A DNA stretch of 63,962 bases, filler included, from Stramenopiles sp. TOSAG23-6 (Eukaryota): NCBI GenBank assembly GCA_900128565.1. It is 4 parts of 4 records of this genome, joined end to end, with 100 filler letters (N's around TTAATTAATTAA, not from the genome) between each part and the next. Parts side by side here need not be neighbours in the genome. Positions count along the whole stretch, not along the records: positions 48,419 to 63,962 come from LT636111.1; 3 more parts are not named here. One strand, 5' to 3'. The position numbers were made by a program, and so were the translations under genes. The notes below the pieces were generated by a model that was given only the letters and a program-made list of their open reading frames with translations, did no database searches and was not told the DNA's origin. Below are positions 60,294-63,962 of the stretch, in pieces. Numbering within the stretch: the first letter of the stretch is position 1; each line of letters opens with the position of its first letter.

Positions 60294-60920
60294 CTAAAGT
60301 TTTTTGTGATACTCTTTTTTGTGTGTCTTCCAATGTGATTTTTGACACTTCTTTGAACAATAACACACACATTTACACCCAGTACAAACGAATAATTTAC
60401 TATTATTGTCAACTTTACCACAATTTACACATTCTGAGTTGTCGTGTTCTATTATCATTTTTTTTAGTTTCTCTTCTGTTGTATCTGTTATCTGCTTTTT
60501 TGCTTTCTTGATCCACTTTGCTCCTAATTTATAATTTTTAGTGACACCCAGACCATCCAAATAAAATATACCAAGAGTAAGCTGTGCTGCCATGTGCCCT
60601 TGTTTTGCAGCTTTTGTATGCCATTCGATAGCAGTTTTATAACATTGAGTGACACCATAGCCATTCGCATAAAATGCACCAAGACTAAGCTGTGCTTCCA
60701 TGTGGCCTTGATTTGCAGCTTTTGTAAACCATTCAGCAGCAGTTTTATAACATTTATTGACACCCTCACCATTAAAATAACATTCACCAAGACTATGCTG
60801 TGCGTCCATATTGCCTTGTTTTGCAGCTTTTGTAAACCATTTTACAGCAGTTTTATAACATTTACTGACACCATCACCATTCTTCATATACGATAATCCA
60901 CGTAAATATTGTGCGTCCAT
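60294..60920 (-). CDS. Sel1-like repeats + MYND zinc finger (5' end apparently degenerate)
   Basis: AQ.SLG..Y.NG.GV..CYKTA..WFTKAA.QG repeats; C..C...C..C...YCS..CQ..HW..HK. Confidence 0.85.
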   Translation of the reverse strand: MDAQYLRGLSYMKNGDGVSKCYKTAVKWFTKAAKQGNMDAQHSLGECYFNGEGVNKCYKTAAEWFTKAANQGHMEAQLSLGAFYANGYGVTQCYKTAIEWHTKAAKQGHMAAQLTLGIFYLDGLGVTKNYKLGAKWIKKAKKQITDTTEEKLKKMIIEHDNSECVNCGKVDNNSKLFVCTGCKCVCYCSKKCQKSHWKTHKKEYHKKL

Positions 60921-61384
60921 TTTTTGTGGCCTTGATCTGCGGCTTTTGTATGTACTCGAATAAGAAGTGTTAGTCTTCTTAATTGAATGAATTATAGCAG
61001 GGTAGAGCGTAACGCGTTCTGATTAGTTTCTGAGTCAGTTAGATTAAAAAGAATGAAATTAATTCTCTTGAATTCTATTCTACGATTGGATGAAAGTGAA
61101 CACCACAAGATACGAGAGAAACTCTCATCTGTTTTCCTTGATTGAGCGACACGTTATAATTATCTTAATTCATCCTTCGATCGGAATTTTTTTTATTTCG
61201 TGCGAAATTTCAAATTGGATAAAATTTCGTGTTTTTTTTGATGAAAATAATATAAGAGTCAAAAAAACGCACTTGAGCAATGAAAAAAATTCATCTCTCA
61301 CCTTAGTTTTTAATTATCATTAGATTACTTAGTCTATATGACATTGTGTATTGTGAAGCGCCTGGGATGTGTCCTAAAAAGACA

Positions 61385-63195
61385 ATGAAGTTGCTATTCA
61401 TAGTACTCTTTGGTTTATCTGTCTCATCAGCCGAAGAATTATATTGTGGTGGAAAAAATTGCTATGAAATTTTGGGTGTCGAAGCAACAGCAACAACTCA
61501 GGAGATTAAAAGAGCTTACCGTAAACTATCGTTAGTGTGGCATCCTGATAAAAATCCAGGTGATGTCAAAGCTACTGAAAAGTTTTTGTTAATAAGTAGT
61601 GCAAACGAAGTCCTTTCGGATGATGAATCTCGACAAGACTATGATTATTATCTCAAACATCCTGACTCTGTGTTATACAACAACTTCCGTTATCACTATA
61701 GATTTGCCAAGAAAACAGATTTGCGTGTAGTTATTGCTGTATTTATTGTATTTGTTTCAGTTTTACAGTATATACTTTCAGTGCAAGACCGTGCAAGATT
61801 AATTCGCGTATTTCGTGGAAGTGACATTATTGTGCATCGAGCTCGTGTTCGCGCAGCAGAATTGATTCAGTCGAATAAAGAGAAGAAATGTAATGCAAGT
61901 AATAATTCAAATAATTTCCTTACGGAAGCTTTAGATCAATTAACAAATGAAGCTGATAATGCTGGGACCTTTCCAAATCCTTCATGGCGAAATGTCCTGA
62001 TTCCTCAACTTTTTTTGTTACCCATTACAATATACAATTATTTTCAAAATCTTAAAAAAAAAGATTTGGAGGTTGAAAAAGCCAAAGAATTTGATTTACA
62101 CATGCAAAAGGTAGAAGATAACGTACGCAGAGAACGCCAAAACTTTCAAAAACAAAAAATGACAAAACGCAGATTGAAGCATGAGCAGATTCGGCTCTCT
62201 AAACTTGAAAAAGAAAAACAAGCTGAAAGTCTCAGAATAAAAGTATGTTTTATTTTTTTTTTCACAAAAAAATCGAATTTATTTTCGTACGAAATTTTGT
62301 ACCTAACGATTTTTTTTGAAATATTTTTCCAAAATAAAAGCTGCAGAAAGAGAAATTCTCGAAAATGAAAGTCGGAAACAAATACGTGCTGCCAAGGTAA
62401 AGGCTATTCGTGTATGGCGGAAACGAATGATTATCCTAACAAGTAACCTTAACCCTATACAGAATGATATAAAAAATATCTCCGAAGATGACATTAATTT
62501 TCTAGCTAACCGAGTAGAAGTAAATATATTACAGAATATTTCAACATTGTCCCAACTACAAGCATTATTAGTTACTGAAAAACAATCCAAGGTGAAAGAA
62601 GATGCGGAGCTTCTTAGTCTTCGTATAGAAAGAGAAAAAAATGTAAAGGAAAAATTAAAAATACAAAAAATGCAAATGTCTCAATGGTCTGAGATGGAAA
62701 CAACATGTACGTTTTATTTTTTTTCAATTTCGAATTTATTTTTTTTTAATACGAAATTTTGTACCTAACAAAAAAAAATAAATTTTTTAAATATTTTTTT
62801 TCAATACATGTTTAGCCAAAGCAGTAGCTAGGTTTCCAGGAGGTACAGTGAAACGCTGGAGTAAAATTACGGATTACGTTAATAAACATTGTTCCTGTGA
62901 TAAAACTATAAAACAGTGTATGTTAAAATATAAGAAAAAATGGTCTGAACCCTCTCCTCCACAACGAGGAGTTCTCCAGCCTAATTCACTATTACCCAGT
63001 ACTAGCACCTGGTCAGTAGAGCAACAAAAACAATTAGAAATGGCTTTAAAGTTAGTAAAGAAAGGCAATAAAGTTTCTTGGGAAAATATAGCAGAAAACG
63101 TTGATGGCAAAAGTATCCAAGAATGTAAAAAACGTGTCAAGACAATTCGAAACAGAGTTATCGCTTCAAAGAGCCAACAGAGTGGGAACAAATAA
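61385..63195 (+). CDS. DnaJ protein with signal peptide, TM helix and two C-terminal SANT/Myb domains, 3 exons
   Basis: LYCG..NCYEILG, HPDKN, WSE..LAKA..RFPGGT..RW and WS.EQQK.LE.AL motifs. Introns 62243-62339 and 62707-62809. Confidence 0.88.
62243..62339 (+). mobile_element. Introner-like intron, probable GT-AA
   Basis: ata aaa|GTATGT..tccaaaataAAA|gct; aataaaag repeat at both junctions. Nearby AGs give frameshifts. Confidence 0.65.
62707..62809 (+). mobile_element. Introner-like intron, GT-AT
   Basis: aca t|GTACGT..tcaataCAT|gt tta; acatgt repeat at both junctions. Confidence 0.85.
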
Positions 63196-63296
63196 TCAAA
63201 TTATAGTAAAATGATATTTACACTTACAATAAAAAATATTATATTTTCTATTCTTTATAGATAATGCTANCATCACCATAACGTACAAAAACATCG

Positions 63297-63906
63297 TTAA
63301 AAGCAACAACAGCAAAACCAACTTTTTTCTGTAGGCTCATTATCCCTTGTGGAACGACTTCTTAATAAAAAAGAATCGCGATCTTCAAGATACTTCAATT
63401 GTTGCTCATTTACAATATCTTCTTCAATTACTTTGTCATTATTAAATTTATCTTGAGCATCTAAATTCACAACAATTTTCTCAACATCTTCTATTGAACA
63501 TTTATTACTTTCCCTAACCCTAACAGAACTATCCTCAACACTGTCAACAGTATCCCTTGGAATCCTAAAACTTTTAGGTGAATATTTATTTCTAAATATT
63601 GCAGGAAGTTCAGGCACATGTTTTGCGTTTATATCACATCGTAAATATCTATTGATCTCTTTTTCTTTGCCTATTTCTTCTAATTTTTCTTTTCTTAAAG
63701 GCTGAGTTAATGACTTATTCGAAATTTTTACTCCATGTTTTTTCGTATTCGTCGATGAATGACGAAACTGGTTCAATGTCACGATTTCGTGCAATATTGC
63801 TTCATTGCCATACTCTGACAAATAAATTATTTTTCGAGTTGTAGAAACAACAACCAAAATATCTGGAGAAGTTGCACCATACGTTTTCGTAACGGTCTTG
63901 ACAAAC
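63297..63906 (-). CDS. Last exon of a hypothetical protein ending in a WFCCCF lipidation-like motif
   Basis: Open frame downstream of a family intron end (~63907-63962). Confidence 0.55.
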
Positions 63907-63962
63907 TTGTATTTTGGAAAAATATTTCAAAAAAAAAAAACTTAAATTTGTTAGGTACAAAA

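Noticed and set aside
6030-62809. CRISPR-like array or prokaryotic REP repeats for the recurring palindromic motif
   Set aside because: Copies are dispersed, intragenic, sense-oriented and in a eukaryotic gene context, with no regular spacers or cas genes.

Overview
AT-rich, gene-dense eukaryotic (protist) DNA. The kinase and CS-domain proteins look stramenopile/oomycete-like, but the taxon is an inference. The window is four unrelated ~16-kb contigs joined by 100-nt N/TTAATTAATTAA linkers (1-16074, 16175-32221, 32322-48318, 48419-end). Contig 1 is a perfect 16-kb palindrome that is almost certainly an assembly artefact. Housekeeping genes include AP3B, DPH7, SRD5A, a DEAD-box helicase, a DHHC protein, MTO1, a SNAPC4-like Myb, a PX-AGC kinase, T6PP, SNRNP27, FCP1 and a DnaJ-SANT protein. 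Several signal-peptide proteins look effector-like (ankyrin+F-box-like, DUF4116, ankyrin-IQ-DUSP, superoxide reductase), and there is a membrane-anchored MACPF. The main discovery is the introns. Nearly all belong to one repeated ~95-115-nt introner-like family (RYAYGT..polyT..TTCGTACGAAATTTYGTACCTAAC..GAAATATTTTTYCAMAATAYAK) and most lack the AG acceptor. Of 28 junctions resolved by reading frame and protein conservation, 5 are GT-AG, 16 GT-AT, 2 AT-AT, 1 GC-AT, 2 probable GT-TT, 1 GT-AA and 1 GT-TG. This points to a spliceosome with relaxed 3' splice-site recognition plus a transposon-driven intron invasion. No transcript data were available, so all splice calls are inferred from DNA.
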